A stretch of DNA of 64,000 nt from Takakia lepidozioides (lineage: Eukaryota; Plantae; Bryophyta), in assembly GCA_030704615.1 (NCBI GenBank), contig CM060733.1, positions 25,668,001-25,732,000 of the forward strand. Direction: 5' to 3'. Below the pieces are notes generated by a model. That model was not told where the DNA came from, did no database searches, and worked only from the letters and a program-made list of their open reading frames with translations. A program made the translations under genes and the position numbers. Positions 11,525-25,784 of the stretch are shown piece by piece; position 1 is the stretch's first letter, and the number at the start of each line of letters is the position of its first letter.

Positions 11525-14500
11525 CTATACAGCAGGGCTGAGCTCCCGCTCAATTTCTTCCAAAGAACGGCCCTTTGTTTCCACCACATTCTTGGACACA
11601 TATACCACTGCCGCTGCGCACACCACGGCAAATCCTCTGTACACTGTGCTGACTCCGAATTTTTGCACCACACTTAGAAAAAACAATCCTATCATGAAGT
11701 TGCAAATCTGCAAGGGCCCACCCACTCTCTCAGCAATGCTGCTCCAATATCAGATACATAAAGAGCTCATAGTTGGCAAGTTGCCAGAAGTCAACACTTC
11801 ATCTAGTCCTCAGATGACAGTGAGGCCACTTGGCTATTCTGACTCAGCCACTAGCAATCATGGACTATCATAAATGTATACAAATGGCACATTGTTAGTG
11901 GATGAGTACCCAGTGGACTCCAAGAGAGAGGGCAACAGCCTTGGCACGAATTCGAGAGGCAAAGATCTCAGGGAGCAAAAGAGCCGGCACTGGACCTGCA
12001 CCTAATGAAAACGCCAGCACATACCTGCAAAATATTGCCAAAACCTGCCCACCTCATCAACACTCTCCTCGAGCAATAACATCTCACAGAAACAAGTTTT
12101 TTATTAACTATAAACTCCGGAGTCCACTAGGATTTCTCTAACTCTTCCTTTATTTCTGCTCTGTCACAATAGAACAGAAAAGTGGCACAGCTTACATACT
12201 GACTTGCTGTTGGACTAGTCTGCCTGGCTGCAGAGCAGACGAACCTGTCCACTGTAAAACTGAGAGATGAGGCTGCTGGAATACAGTTTCCCAAGGAATA
12301 AGAAGAAAGGTTCTAGACAGCTGACGAGAGCAAACTTACGAGACAGTTCCAAGGACTGCCAGTGTGCCTGAGTATGCCTGTAGCGCAGGCCACGAAAGGG
12401 CCGTCGACAATACCAGCATTGACACCGCCTGTATTTCCCATCCACACCTTTTTCATCAGTTCCATAATATGTAACTGTCAGCTGAAAGCCCTATCCCAGG
12501 AAGAATCTGCTCAATATGCATCCAAGTATCTTTGCAGGGGCAAGCCTATTCCACCAACAAGACAATGAAAAAAACAGGAAGGACCCATACAGGCTGTGGA
12601 ACATACCATCCCTGTATAGCTTCCCATGAGTAGTTTTTTACGACCCTGCTTATCCATCAGTGATGACGCTACTGCTGAGCCTGGACCACAATCATGAGCT
12701 TGCAATTAGCAGCTTCAAAATGTGAAACAAAGAAGCATTACTACTTCCATGGTACCAGGGTGTAAGACACATGTTGACTCACCGTACCCCATAACTAGCA
12801 TTAAAACCCCCGTTTCCAAATGTCCAAGCCTATCTAATATTGGCGACATTGCTGCAGTACATTGCAGGATGGGTGTTACAGCCGAGTGACTGTGCTGACA
12901 AAACTTGACAAGGGTACAGGCGAACAACAGTCACTCTTACACGCAATCCTGGTTAAGGCTTTAGAATTAAGTAGATAAGCTGCAATAATCAACGTGGAAG
13001 CCCAAAGTTGGGGTTCAGAGAAATTATACCTATGACGTTGGCTGCCCCTACAAGAGCACTAGCTGCGACATCAGAAGCAATGCCAGCACTGCGGAATACA
13101 TTGGTTGAAAAGTACACCACAGCATTGATACCAGCGAACTGCTGAAACAGAAACATTGCCGTCCCTACCCCAACCACTGTTCCACAAAGAGAGGCGTCAG
13201 TTGGCAACAGTACAGCAGTGATACATTTGACTTGTCTCTAATAAACTGCCTGTGGCACTAGAAGCACCAGGGCATTTTTTTTTCCCAGCGACGTCCGAAA
13301 GTAACCAAAACCACTTCCCTTGATTTTGATCAAGCTCGCTCCATGTAATAAACACAGGTGATATATTAGTGTTGAAGATCAAGGCATCCACCATTGGACC
13401 ATAAGGAGCCTGTAAAGACTCTAAAGCCTCAGATGGGTAAATGAGCTCCACAAGCTAAGTGAAATACCCGAATCTCCATAAGCAACCTCATCATACCTTT
13501 GCGGTAACGCTTGCTGAAGAGGTCGCCCCAACTAGCATCCTCTTCAGCAATGTCAGAATTGCTAGCTTTAAGATCTGCCAATGCTCCCTCCAGATTTGCC
13601 TTGCCCCATAGCCGTCTTGCTGCTGTTTCTGCCTCTGCTGTTCTCCCTTGCTGCACATGCAACCATTGTCTTCAGGACACGCTTGCGTCAAAGATGTCTG
13701 AGCGAGCCAAGCGTAGGGAACTACTGCTGAAAATCAGTCTTTTGTCTAATTGACTACACAAAGAAGTATCCATGGACTGACCAGGGGTGAATGTTCAGTG
13801 CAGGAAATAGACACCTTCAACATGGGAATAACCGTGGCTGCGGTTGAACCACTTAATCACTAATATTTTGGTTGTCATTCAAAGCAATCTAGTTCATGCA
13901 TAGAAAAAATCTACGCCCGAATTCAATTAAAGTGGATGTTGCATCACTCAAGCCCATCTCCTTCCATAACCTGTCTTTCACTGTCAACACAATTTCTCCA
14001 GGAATGAGAGACTCCCCTAAACAATGCCAAAGTCAATCCCAACACAAATTTGACCTTGTAAAGCCAGCGTGGACTTTCAGGGGCATAGGCCATTCCCAAA
14101 CAAAGTAAGACAGCTGGCACTGCTGCTATTGCAAACATGCTGCGCCACCTGTTACACATCCAAAAGGTTGAACACCAAGTCCCCACCGCTAGGAGTCAAT
14201 GATAGCTTGTTTTGTGAGATTGAATAAAAGTTCAACATGCACAATACCCATTCAGCATCCCAGAAAGAGTATCTTTTCAGGGCTGGCAAGCCAAGACATG
14301 GAAGCCCTTGACAGACATTGTAAACATACTTTGCTCCATGCAAGCTTGAAAGAAACAACAAGACCTACTGCCCACTTAAAAAAAGGTCAATGAACCTTCA
14401 TCCTCTTGGCACCCTTTAAGAGGCTTCTTCAACATCCAGACCTAAATACACATGATCATGTGCTTCTGAGATAGAAAGATAGTGGTGTGGATCAATACCA

Positions 14501-17500
14501 GCCAGGGTTGCCACCCAGGGGAAGCCCTGCAATGAGAGCTAACAGAATGCCAACACAGATGAAGAGCTGGTTCACTGATCCTAGAGCACCGCGAATATCT
14601 GTGGGGGAGACCTGCCATAGTCATTACAACGTTCCGTCCTGTCAGGTTTGTGCTCCAACATAGTGCATGCAATATGGAACCAGGAATACCTGGTGAAACT
14701 TTTGACAGATCATTTCCATCAAAGCTGTCTACCAAACTCTGGCACTGCTAATTATAAGAAAGAACAGGTGGATATCAAGTCACATTTCCAGTTTTGACAC
14801 ACAGTCAACCCAGCCGAGTGGTAGTACATTTAAGTGCCCATGAAACAAGCTATGCTCCAAAGCTCTGAGCCAGCTCCAACACCTGCCGAGGATCAATGAG
14901 GAGCCAGTCCTGAAACAACACGATCCCTCAGTAACCCTGCTGAACTCGTGCTCAACAATAGGTACATGTCTTACCTCAGATATGTACAGAGGCACCACGC
15001 CGGATGAAACACCAATCCCAATTCCCACCAAGATCCGGCCTGCTATCATACCCTGAAAACCAGTTGCTGTTGCACTGACCCCACCAAGACCACCACACGC
15101 TCACTCAATTGGTTGCACAAGCATGCAGACAATGTAAGAGGCAACATAGCAATAGAGGGTTGCAATGATTACTCAAAGAAATTTTCTTACAGATATAGAG
15201 AAGAGCTAGACTCTGAGACTATAGACAGACTTTCACTTGAGAAGCCAAACAGGTGGAAATTACTCTGCTGCTCTTTGGCAGTGTACAGTTGGAAGTGTGA
15301 CAGAAACTAGGTTGTCGTTTCAATGATCAAGTTATCCAGTTATGTGTAAGATTAAAAGGGTGGGGCCTGTTTATTGGCCAAACCTGCATGTTACAGAGCA
15401 CCTTATCCAATGGGGTTTGGACGCATCCTTGTCTCAGAACAGGGTCATATTTGACCAAGAATCTGGTCAGTAAGTAATCAGTTTACCAGGTGACCTAGCA
15501 GCGGGGTCAACTGCATCTTTACCCTATACTCCGGCCCAAGATAATAGACTGTGCATGCAACAGACCTTAAGAGGGTGCCGATAACAAGTGGAAGGGCATT
15601 CAGTTGAAATGTGCGTCGGCAACCTATTTTGTCCGCCAATGAGCCTCCAGTAAATGAACCTACTGTAGCTCCAGCCAAAGTTGAACTCACCACCCAGCCT
15701 GTACACATTTACATACCTTTGTTAGCATTAAATGGAAATTCTCAGACTGAATTGAATGGCAAACAATGCCTGACTGTATCAGGCTGCACACATCATTGCT
15801 CTGGCCAGAAAGGAACCCACCTGCATAGCACTGTCACTCGCAGCATTTCCTGAGACACTGCTTGTCAAACCCTAAGGATATTCAAAACTCTCAAATAGCT
15901 GACAGGTTGCATAGGGTACCTTGAAGTACAGGACTGCTACCAAAACCAAGCTCTTTGGCAATGTGTTCCAAAGCTCCATTGACCACTCTGCATGCCCAAG
16001 CCACATCATCTCAACCGGGTTGATTTAGCCTCCCCAGAACACCGTGTAACATGTGTGACGAACAGTGTACAACCTGCACACCATCTTCCATCCATGAAAG
16101 AAAGTATACAGAAGCATGTCAAATGCCCATTACGCTTATTAGAGCAAGGAAAGACACATACCCGAGATGGTAGCCAAACAGGATAGCCCCCAGGCATGCA
16201 ACACCCACAGAAGGTAGCACTATTCCTCCAGAAGAAGACACAGACTGTTTAGTGGCCACCAATTCTTCCACCTCACCATCTGTGAATCACATAGACCCAT
16301 CTCATCATTCCTGACTTGTACCCGAGAACTTGCATACATGCACACACAAAAGCCTGTTGATCAATTTGATATCTTGTGTATTCCTCATCTGACATGACTT
16401 GCATCACCAAACTATCCATTACAAAATCTTGAGAGCAGATTGTTTGAGAAAGTTGAGCACACAGTTGCACATTCTCACATTAGAGCAGGCTCTGAAAAAG
16501 TCTATCTTGACAGAAGCGAACTTCTGTGCACACAACCTGCATTGGGCTAGCTCAGACAAACAGTTTAGGCATTACCTCCTAGCAGGGAGGATCCACAAAA
16601 GCTCTTTCACTATCACAACTGACTGGCTAAATATAGGTGCTAGGGCTACACCCACTTGACGAGAATGCCAAATGCATGATATCAACCATAGAACCCTCCA
16701 GAAACATCAATAGGTAATCTTGAGCTGTAATCATGAAGACTCTGGAAATTAGAACATGTGACTGACTATACTTGTAGAGGGTGAATCCTCGATATTCAAG
16801 GGAAACTAGAACTATCATGTCCAATGCAAAAACGCTTCTTTGAAGTAACAATTAAAAGTCGTGAAACCATGGATGACATTCTTATAAGAATTGACTCCAA
16901 CTCATCCACTCACAGAACATTGAGTCTCACTGTTCCTTAATTTGGAACAATATGCAGAGGTGTTGTTTGCCGTAGCCTTGTGGCCATAGGAACAGATACT
17001 ACCTTTGTGAGGGCTCACTCCGGTAGTGTGACTTAACTTGAAAGACACAATTAGTTCGGGTTTTCCAGATCTCTAGAAAACCGTTCCCACAAGCATCAGC
17101 TTTGTGTTTGTGAGCTGCCCAGCAATTAGACCGCAACATGGCCAGGGCCAGGGCTTTAGGCTCAGCCTCAAGATCTTGAAAGTTGGTGAACAGACGTGCA
17201 GGAACAATGTACTTGATGGTCCTCACTCTCTGGTGAGAATATCCCAGACAATGTATCAGAAAATGGATATTGTCTTCAGCCTGCCCATCCATGGGGCACT
17301 CACAATCTCCTCTTCCTCTCTGCATCTGTTTTTTGTTCAAAGATAAGCTTCCCGCCCTGATTTTAAATTTCAGGATAGTGCCGAGGGTAGGTAGGCCCAG
17401 CAACGCAGGAGAGAGAGAAGACAAGACAAGACAACAGAAACCGTCAGATTATTGATCGTTGCGGACAGAAAGGAGGGGGAACTCAACCAACGAAAGATAG

Positions 17501-18102
17501 CAAAGCGATCGACAACTCTGGCGGGAAACTAGGTGAGGTGACCAATTACGTGTGCACGAGATCCCAGAAATAAGCTTTCAGGTAACTTGCAGACCGCTCC
17601 AGGAAGCAGTAAAACGGCTGCTAGGGGAAAGGCGACTACACAAGGAAGGCAAAGTGGCATTCTATGATTGTGTCTAGAGAATCAGAAAAAGGAAAACTAT
17701 CATCTTGCTCCATCAACCCTTCCAATCGATACACTTCCATGCATGGGGCATTGGATCTTCTTTTGACGTAAGAAATTGACGCAAACGAAGGATAGAGACA
17801 TTGAACCGAAACCCAGAAAGAAAGAGAGAGAGACCAGCAGCTTGCGATCGGACAGAATGAGTAAAGCGTTTGACTGGAACGTGGGTCCTGGACGCATTTA
17901 ATCCCTTTGCCACTTCCATCCTGCTCCCGCAAAGTCCAGAAGAGAAATGTGAACCCAAATATGAAGCGCATCCACCTCTCTTCTGCTGCCCCCATGCAGC
18001 AATAACCGCTCTTTCACCACCGATACTGCTATCGACGTTCAGACGCTGCGCAGCCCATACCTTGGCGCCTCCCGCCGTGCTGGACAGCGCTGCTACCTGC
18101 AT
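11525..18102 (-). CDS. pGlcT: Plastidic glucose translocator (MFS sugar porter), 13 coding exons
   Basis: Transit-peptide exon 17835-18102 (MQVAALSS…SVRSQAA), then exons ~16162-16279 ([20 protein letters not shown]), ~15920-15988, ~15567-15698, ~14977-15076, ~14501-14609, ~14055-14149 (PESPRWL), ~13497-13650, ~13030-13177 ([12 protein letters not shown]), ~12607-12680, ~12340-12428, ~11911-12024, 11525-11707 ([12 protein letters not shown]). Colinear with Arabidopsis pGlcT as recalled; internal boundaries approximate. Confidence 0.92.
16962..17400 (-). mobile_element. 5'-truncated LINE 3' end in pGlcT intron 1; same family as 33861-37264
   Basis: [18 protein letters not shown]…[17 protein letters not shown] aligns with ORF 36405..37196. 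Shares the 3' terminus GGCCACAAGGCTACGGCAAACAAC. Confidence 0.9.
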
Positions 18103-20924
18103 TTCTGCTGCCTTTCCTGCTTTCACCGTTCGTACTCGCCCACACCTCTCGATCGCGATCTGCTAGTATGCTGAGATAGAAATGTGCTATGCTGCCTTCA
18201 CTAGTGCTCGAGGGAACAGCAGCCTACCCCAAGTAACAATTGATACCGACAATTCAGGCACAGAAATCTATCTGCATGAAGAACGGAAGACAGAAAAGAG
18301 AGTGTGAAAGACAAACATGCCCCCCCATACAAGCAGAGATTAGAGAGATTAGACAGAATACACACATGAAGCAATACAGCTGCAGGTCAAACCTGCCCCT
18401 TTAGCAAGATGAAAAAAAAACCCCGGAAGTAGATAAGTGTGAAGCGGGACCCGCCTGCCAGAACGGTCAAGACTCAGGACCAGTAGGACGCTCGAGTTTG
18501 GAGCGCTACGGCGAGGGGAGGGAGAATCGAGGCAGACTCACACACACATGGACCCAGGTCCGGATTTTACTAAGTTAGCCTTCCCTCCATTATTCTTCTG
18601 CCACCTGCCCTCTTCCTCTGTCTGTCCCTGCTGCAACCTCCGCCTGCTGCCTTCTCTCCCATCTTCCTCCTTCCTACAGTCTGCACTTGTATGCACGCCT
18701 CTGCAAGCTTACTCCATCCCCATCCCCATCCGCAATGCATGCCGAATATATCTATGTATGCTGCAACCTTTTTCTGGGTCCTGTTGCCTGGTGGGTCTTA
18801 TGGCTGGTCATGACCTTTTTTGACTAGTTAGTGCAATCCATATGGCCGCAGGGATCATTATCTCACTCCTTTGTGCAACCCAGCCAGCAACCCTGGGTCT
18901 TAGCGGCCCCAATGTTACAGCGAGATCGTGATGGTTGTCGGCATGCATTGCTATAACTGATTGCATCCAGCGATAAATTGACCCCACTTTTCTTGGACCC
19001 ACATTTCCTCCATGCAGCCCAGAATGGGTCTCTACTTCACCTACCCACAACTAAATTTGCTCGTTCCTATCTTCTAGCTGAAAAAAGACAAACATAAACA
19101 GGGTTTCATCTTCAACACAAAAATAACTGAAGAGAAACATCAACAGTTAACTTAGTGTTCGTGTAAACAACAACTACGGAAGAGTTTCTGTATTTGGTGA
19201 AAGTCAACAATGGATGACACGTCTGATGTGATGGATTGGAAAGGTGATGCTCGGGAACGCGGGATCCAATAGTTTCTCGGCACCAGCAACACTTCTACGT
19301 ACACATTGCTCTTGGAAGCAGCAAAATCTTACAACAAAATCTGAGAGCCATGTGGTGAGGATGATGGTTCTTGGACGCCCCAAAGTAAATGTTGTGTGGG
19401 TTCCACCGGTGTGAAGTAGGAAGGTGACAACAAATTTGTGAATGCTCCAACATGTGCATACCCAATTTGCTCTCCTCGTAAGGAGACGATTGTAGGGGGC
19501 ACTAACTTAAATTCACTGGACGTTAAAGAATCTTTATCTTTAGGGGGCACTAACTTCAGCTGGCATTTCGGATTAATCCTAGAGGCACCCACTGACTGGA
19601 CTTGTATCGAGCACTAAAAGTGTTGCCAAGTCAGCCTTACATGTTGCCAAGCAGGACGAATGCAAGCATGTCGTATGGAATCACCATTCCCCAGTGGGCA
19701 GATGACTCCTAGCTGTATGGAGTGAAACCGGTCTGTGTTTTGTTGTCCCCTTTCCATCCAAGCAAGATCGACACTTTTCTTTTTTGATGGTTCTGTCGTA
19801 TCACCCTGGGGCATAAGGACAACAGATAGCCCAGTGGTTTTAGTCCCCTCCGGCAATTCAGCAGGTGGTAGTGCAACAACATAAAAAGCACACATCCCTT
19901 TATGGAGCTCAAAGTCCTCCTCTGATGAAAGGTAGATCACGATTCACTCATTAGCTAACCATGTCACTCTGGCTTCTTCCTTGCCTGATTATCATGAGAG
20001 TCATCCCTCAGCTTGACCCACAGACTGAAATTGTTTGGTGGAGGCACAGACATTGAAAGTTGTATTCTCAGAGCAGAGAACTGATGGAATATATATACAG
20101 TTTCATAGTTATTGTCGAGTGTACCTTGCAGCTTTTCATGGCAAAAGATAAGGTGGGTAGGCAAAATGTTCCAGCCTTATTGAAAGTGATGATACCAACA
20201 GCCATGACTGAATCGACAGCCGTGAGGACGGCTGTAAAGATTAAAGAATTAAGTACATATTTTATGATGTTCAATGGTCACGCTGTCACATATCACTCAC
20301 AAGAAAAGATTCCCAGCGTATATAGAGTAGACTCGTCACTCAGCTCACGTAAAGACAAGCAGATGCAGACGGAATACTTACAATGTGAAGATGACTTTTG
20401 CCGGCCATGTCTACCTACCTACCTTCCATGTCTACATGGTTTCCGAATCCAAGTTGGAAGAATATATTTTCCTTAGCTTGCAAACCCATGTCACAAATGT
20501 CCCTTTTGGGTTTTGTTAAAAAGATGTGACAAGCCTTGGGCCTACGTGCAGGACAACAACATGGTGGTGACGGTAGGAAAACATGCGTCAAACTGAGTGA
20601 GTGTAAGTAGAGTGGACTGACAGACACGTTGTGGGAGAGGCATGATCTAAGCAATGAGGTATGAGTCTGTGATAGCACTTTAACAATTAGAAAGGGAGAA
20701 GTGGACACATCCACTTCTACACATTATAACACTTGAAGAAAGGTCAGAGTCACCACATTAATACTTTATTATTAGTGGCTGGATTCACTCACAGAGAGGA
20801 GGATATAAGAATTGACAGGTATCTCTAAACTGCATACAATCAAGTTTGTTGGTTCCTCCCTAATAAGGAGAGACCAGGCATCCATTGTTTTCTCCTGATG
20901 TACTATCCCCAGTAAATACCTATC

Positions 20925-23900
20925 TTTCTTTTTTTTCGCAAACAGGGGGCCGGGGCGGCCGGGCCTGGGGACTTTATTAAAAAAGGTAGAAAGCAGAACA
21001 GAGGGAGGAAAAAATAACCTCCAAGAAGGCCGTAAAAGCGTATGGCAAGGGGAACACCCTGCACTATTAGGGAGGGGGGAAAAAAGTAGGAGCCTAAAAA
21101 ACGAAGAGGATATGGGAAACTAAGTCCCTGAGGATGAGAAGCGGGGAAGAAAGAGCCTGTGAGTGGCTCTCCAGAGATCTGTCTACCAAATCTAGGGAGA
21201 GACATGGAGGTGGTTCTAAACAAACCAACACATATTTAGAAGCACCCTATGAAAAAGGATCAGTTTCCAAAATCTGCACTTTAAACTTGGAGGCTGGCAT
21301 CTTGTTATGGTTCCAATTAATGCCAGGGGCGTCTGATTCAGTTGGTGACTTGCCAATGCTGAGGGAGGTTGTCATTCCAAGAGACTCGAGATTCAGAGAT
21401 CCTGGAGCAGAGACGTAGGTCACATTTAGCCCAGGTGAGGTCGAAGTCCGAGAGGAGTTGTTGGCGCTTCCCTTCACTGGCCCTGCAGAAAGCTGCTTGC
21501 AAAGACACCCACGCCTTGCGCCCCTCATCATTAGATCCGCAAAACAATTTAAACAGAATAAGTCTGATGTTGGGGCGCTTTCCCTTAAAAATCATGCTAC
21601 ATCTAGCTTTCCATATTGACCAAAGATTGTGAGCTCTAAGGCAAGCCCATATTGGACAACTCGACCACGCAGCTCCATTGTGCAGGTTGAGCAATAGAAG
21701 GGAATCAGACAAAGTTGGGAGTGGGTTCCAGTTAGCATAAAAGGAAGCCACGATGCCAAGTTCTGGCGGACAGATGATAATGTATCAAACAGTGCTCTAT
21801 GGACTCCCTAACACCACAATTGCATAAAGTGCAGGATGGGTCTTGGTCCTATTCAGAGAAGGAATTTGCAACAAGAGGAATGTGGTTGGCCATCTTCCAT
21901 AGGAAAGCGCTAATCTTCGCTGAACGCTGTTTTGCCCAAATCTCTTACCAGACTCTGTTCCATCCTTGGGTCTGCAAGGTCAAATTCCAGTTGGAGTTCA
22001 CAGTATAGCCTAGGAGAGGGGTCTTCTTGTAGTCCATCCAAGTCCATTCAGCTGGGTCAAATTGCAATCTGCTCAAGGGAAAGCGAAGGAACCAGACCAT
22101 GGGTGTTCTCTTAGCCCAGCAGAACTCAGCCCCAAGTGGAGGCATGGGGTCTGGGCTACCTGTTATGGCTTCAAACACTCTAATTCTCTAAGCTTGGTCA
22201 ATATGGTGCATTTGACCTTCCATTTTGTACGAGAGCAGCCCTTCCTAGTCTGCTGCGAAGAGTAGACCTTGCCAGTGCGAGGTCGAGGACTCTATGGCCA
22301 GCAGAGCCGAGTAATTGTCTCCTTCTGAGGTCCTAAACCAGCAGGGAGGTTGCCCGGGGTACATCCTCCACCGAGTAACAGAGGCAGCACATATGTGGTT
22401 CCCTGCTTGATATGATCCCACCCATGCCTTATGGAAGAATTGGAAATTATAGACTAGGAGAGCACGGGGGTGCTGAGGAACTCACCATTCTCCCATATGT
22501 TGGCTACAAGTGAAAGACCTTTAGACTCCCACGTGGCCCATTTTCTTGTGCAGGTTGGCCAGAGGGGTGTTGTCGAGATTGATATTCCCGAACAGTGGCT
22601 GGCGGATAGCCTCCTCAAAGCAGGAAGCCCTTCTCTGGGACAAATGCGGCCTAATTCCCTTCCATGTCGCCCAAATGGATTTCCAAGCGTCACTACCTTC
22701 GCATCTCGTTTTGCCAGAGCCATGAACAAGCCATCTCAAGGATGGGGCCCACAAGGTTGAGCTAAGCGGCATTGCATTCATCAAATGGGATCTGACCAGA
22801 CTGCATCAGGGACTCCTGCCATTTCGAAGAGCTCTGGGGACCCATTTAGCCAATAGAGCCAAAATTTGCAAGGAGGGGTCAAACAGTCCAAGACCAACTT
22901 CCTTTCTGGGTCTGCAGAGATGTGCCCAAGACACCAAAGCTCTTTTAGATGGTATCTGGGGGGTGGCACCCAGAGAAAATTCCTCATCATGGCTTTAATT
23001 TTGCTCACTAGCTTAGAGCCTGGGGACCAGACAGAAGCAGAAAACCATATGGAGGCCAGCAAGATCTGATTGAGGAGTACTAGAGCACACCTTGCCAGGG
23101 ACAGCATGGCCGAGCTCCAAAAAGCTAGCTTTAGACGGAGTTTCTGCAGGATAAGCTCAAATCTTTGTTCTTCTATAAGACCAATACAAATTTGAAAACC
23201 AAGAAGAGTGTGAGCCGAACCTGGCGCGAGCCAACGAAGGCCAATCTCTTGCCCCCATTGCATTGCCAGACAGCTCCGTGAGAAGCCCCACCAATTTGTT
23301 CCAGTTGACCTTCAGGCCAGAGGCTGAATAAAATAACTGCAGGGCCTCCCGTGCTCTGGAAATATTTGAGGGATCCTCATTGCTCAAAATGAGCGTGGTA
23401 TCATCCGCATACATAGGAATTTTGATAGGAGGCCCCTGCAACACCTTAAAGCCCCACTTGTCTAGAGCTAAGGTAGTGGCCTAAAGCATCAGCTGCAATA
23501 AGAAACAGGTAAGGAGACAGGGGGCAACCTTGTCTTACCGACCTTTGAAGAGCAAATGGTTTAGAGATGGCGCCATTGATGGTGACCTTGCTCGACACAG
23601 ATCTGCTCAAGAGCATCTTCACCCATCTAGAAAAGATCTCTGGCATAATTCTTTCCAGCACTTTATGCAGGAAGATCCAATCAATATTATCAAAAGCTTT
23701 TTCGAAATCTAACATGAGAATAGCCAGGGGCTGCTCCGAGCGTTGGCTTCATGCATGACTTCATTGATTAAAAGAAGATTGTCAAGGATCATCCTGCCTT
23801 TGAGGAATCCTGTTTGCTCCGGTCTAATTGTCCTGGAGAGAACAGGATGCAGTCTCAACGCCATAGCTTTGGCTATGATTTTGCATGTGGTATTAAGGAG

Positions 23901-24020
23901 CGTAATCAGACGGTACTTAGATATCATGCTTATGTCCCCTTTCTTATGGATTAGCGTGATGAGCCCCACAGAAATTTGAGATGGCATTATGCGCCCTTTA
24001 AGCAAAATATCTTTGGCCAG
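20925..24020 (-). mobile_element. L1-clade LINE, 5'-truncated, degenerate ORF2
   Basis: RT blocks ITLIHKKGD…YRLITLLN…EQTGF..GR.I.DN, LDFEKAFD, VRQGCPLSPYLF, MYADDTTL. C-terminal zf-RVT-like Cys/His region and LWSIWKARC. A-rich tail at ~20925-20936. Confidence 0.92.
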
Positions 24021-24414
24021 TGCCTAGCAAGCTCGAGGGATGCTTCCATGTGAGAGTGGGAGCGTGAGCGGGTGAGCGCAGTCATGCTCACGCCACGTCA
24101 ACAATTATTGTGACGTTGGCTCACGGGTCTGATGCCACGTCAGCAAACCTTGCCACCTGGTGTCAGCCACGTCATTTCCATAGGCATGGACCTATAACCG
24201 TGGACCGAATAGGTAGAAGGGTGCCTATAGCCGCAGACTTACGCATTCGGCACATAGGGAACCATATGTGGGCGACGAGGCGAAGTGCAGAAGAGAGCTT
24301 ATAGTGGATGTTGCTGAACGATTGTGTTTGCAGAGACCGAATATAGAAGAATGGTTGTGGATGAATTAATGAGGATGAGGGAGAGTCAGCACGCTCCGAA
24401 TATGGATGAAAAGT

Positions 24415-24450
24415 TGTGGATGAATGTGGATGAATGTGGATGAATGTGGA
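24415..24450 (+). repeat. 10-bp tandem repeat (TGTGGATGAA) x~3.6
   Basis: Directly visible, with further degenerate copies on both sides. Confidence 0.9.
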
Positions 24451-25560
24451 CGTATGAGAGTGGATGAATGTTGAATGAGGATGTCATTCTAACATTTATC
24501 TGAACCAAGCACAACAATCAATGTCGTTTATACAAACATCACAAATTGGAGAAAATCCCTCATGAATTACACGATAAGATTTAATCCATGATGTCTACCA
24601 TTTGGGGAAAAACACTATTTTAATTAATTCTGGACTTTTGTTTGGTCCAAAAATAATATAAAAAATATGAATAAACAAAATTTATTATTGAAATAAAGCG
24701 ATATATATGATTGTTTGGTTATTTTATGCACAATATAACCATGAACAATAATCCTCCAAACATTTTTTGGAGACAATATAAGTATGTATTGTGGTTTTAG
24801 AAGAACATCCACTGTCAAGTTGACGTTCATGAAAAAAATCATGGGAAGATGCAATAAATTACACCATGATGTGAGGTCAGATATGTAAAACTTTTTGCAT
24901 AAAATGGTTGTCATATGAGATGACATACAAAACCAAACATAGAACAATCATGGCATGTGATGAAGAAGATGACATGAAAGAATGAGTCCGCATACATTGA
25001 GGATAAACATTCATATTTTATTAGTGATTGCAACTTTGGTATTCTAGTTAGACATAATGTAACGTCAACTGTACATCCGTTGGACTTAATGTTATCCAGT
25101 GGCTCGAAGCCATACAACGGCTTACATTAACCCATTAATATTACATAGCCTCCTCCCAAACGGCTCGCAGTCAAGGCATGTGTTCGAAGACGCCTCCGGT
25201 TACCACAACCACTTGCAACGTTCTCCGCATCAGAGGAAACGGAAATACTTTCGGAGAACTCGAACCTAGTAGTAACATTATCATCCGAAATGTTACTTGG
25301 AACTCTACTTGTTGAATCTCTTGATGCCCTTGAAGCCTGCCGGGAAGCCCGCCATTCTTGCCAATCACGAAGCTCTTCTTCTTCTTTTCGAATTCGGTCC
25401 TTGAATGTGACTGGGCAATGTTAGAGGGCTGTCTGGGACTTAGACATTTTTATGGGCTTTGTGGGGTACCCTTAATTTTTGCGCAGACTTACAGATGGTA
25501 GACTTAGACCAATAGAGGCTTTAAGGGTAACAGACACAGGCTTTAGGGGTGGTAGACAGT

Positions 25561-25710
25561 CGTACACAGCCTATCATAGTCTATCATAACCATACACAGC
25601 CCGACACAGTCTTACACAGTCTGTCACAGTCAATCACAGCCTGTCACAGTTAGTCACAGTCTATCACAACTCGACACAGCCCGATACAGCTTGGCACAGC
25701 CCGTCACAGC
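25561..25710 (+). repeat. 10-bp minisatellite, 15 units, consensus ~CYRWCACAGY
   Basis: Fifteen in-register decamers ending in CACAGC/CACAGT or variants. Confidence 0.92.
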
Positions 25711-25784
25711 GTACGTAGGGAACGGTTATGATTGGCAGGGAACGACATCTGCAGAGGGAACGTACTTATTTCTTGAGATGACAG

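Noticed and set aside
19080-20750. Several 65-140 aa ORFs upstream of pGlcT
   Set aside because: No recognisable motif or consistent exon chain; possibly a decayed TE but not supportable.
25561-25710. CRISPR-like array
   Set aside because: Contiguous 10-bp units without unique spacers, in a plant nuclear context.
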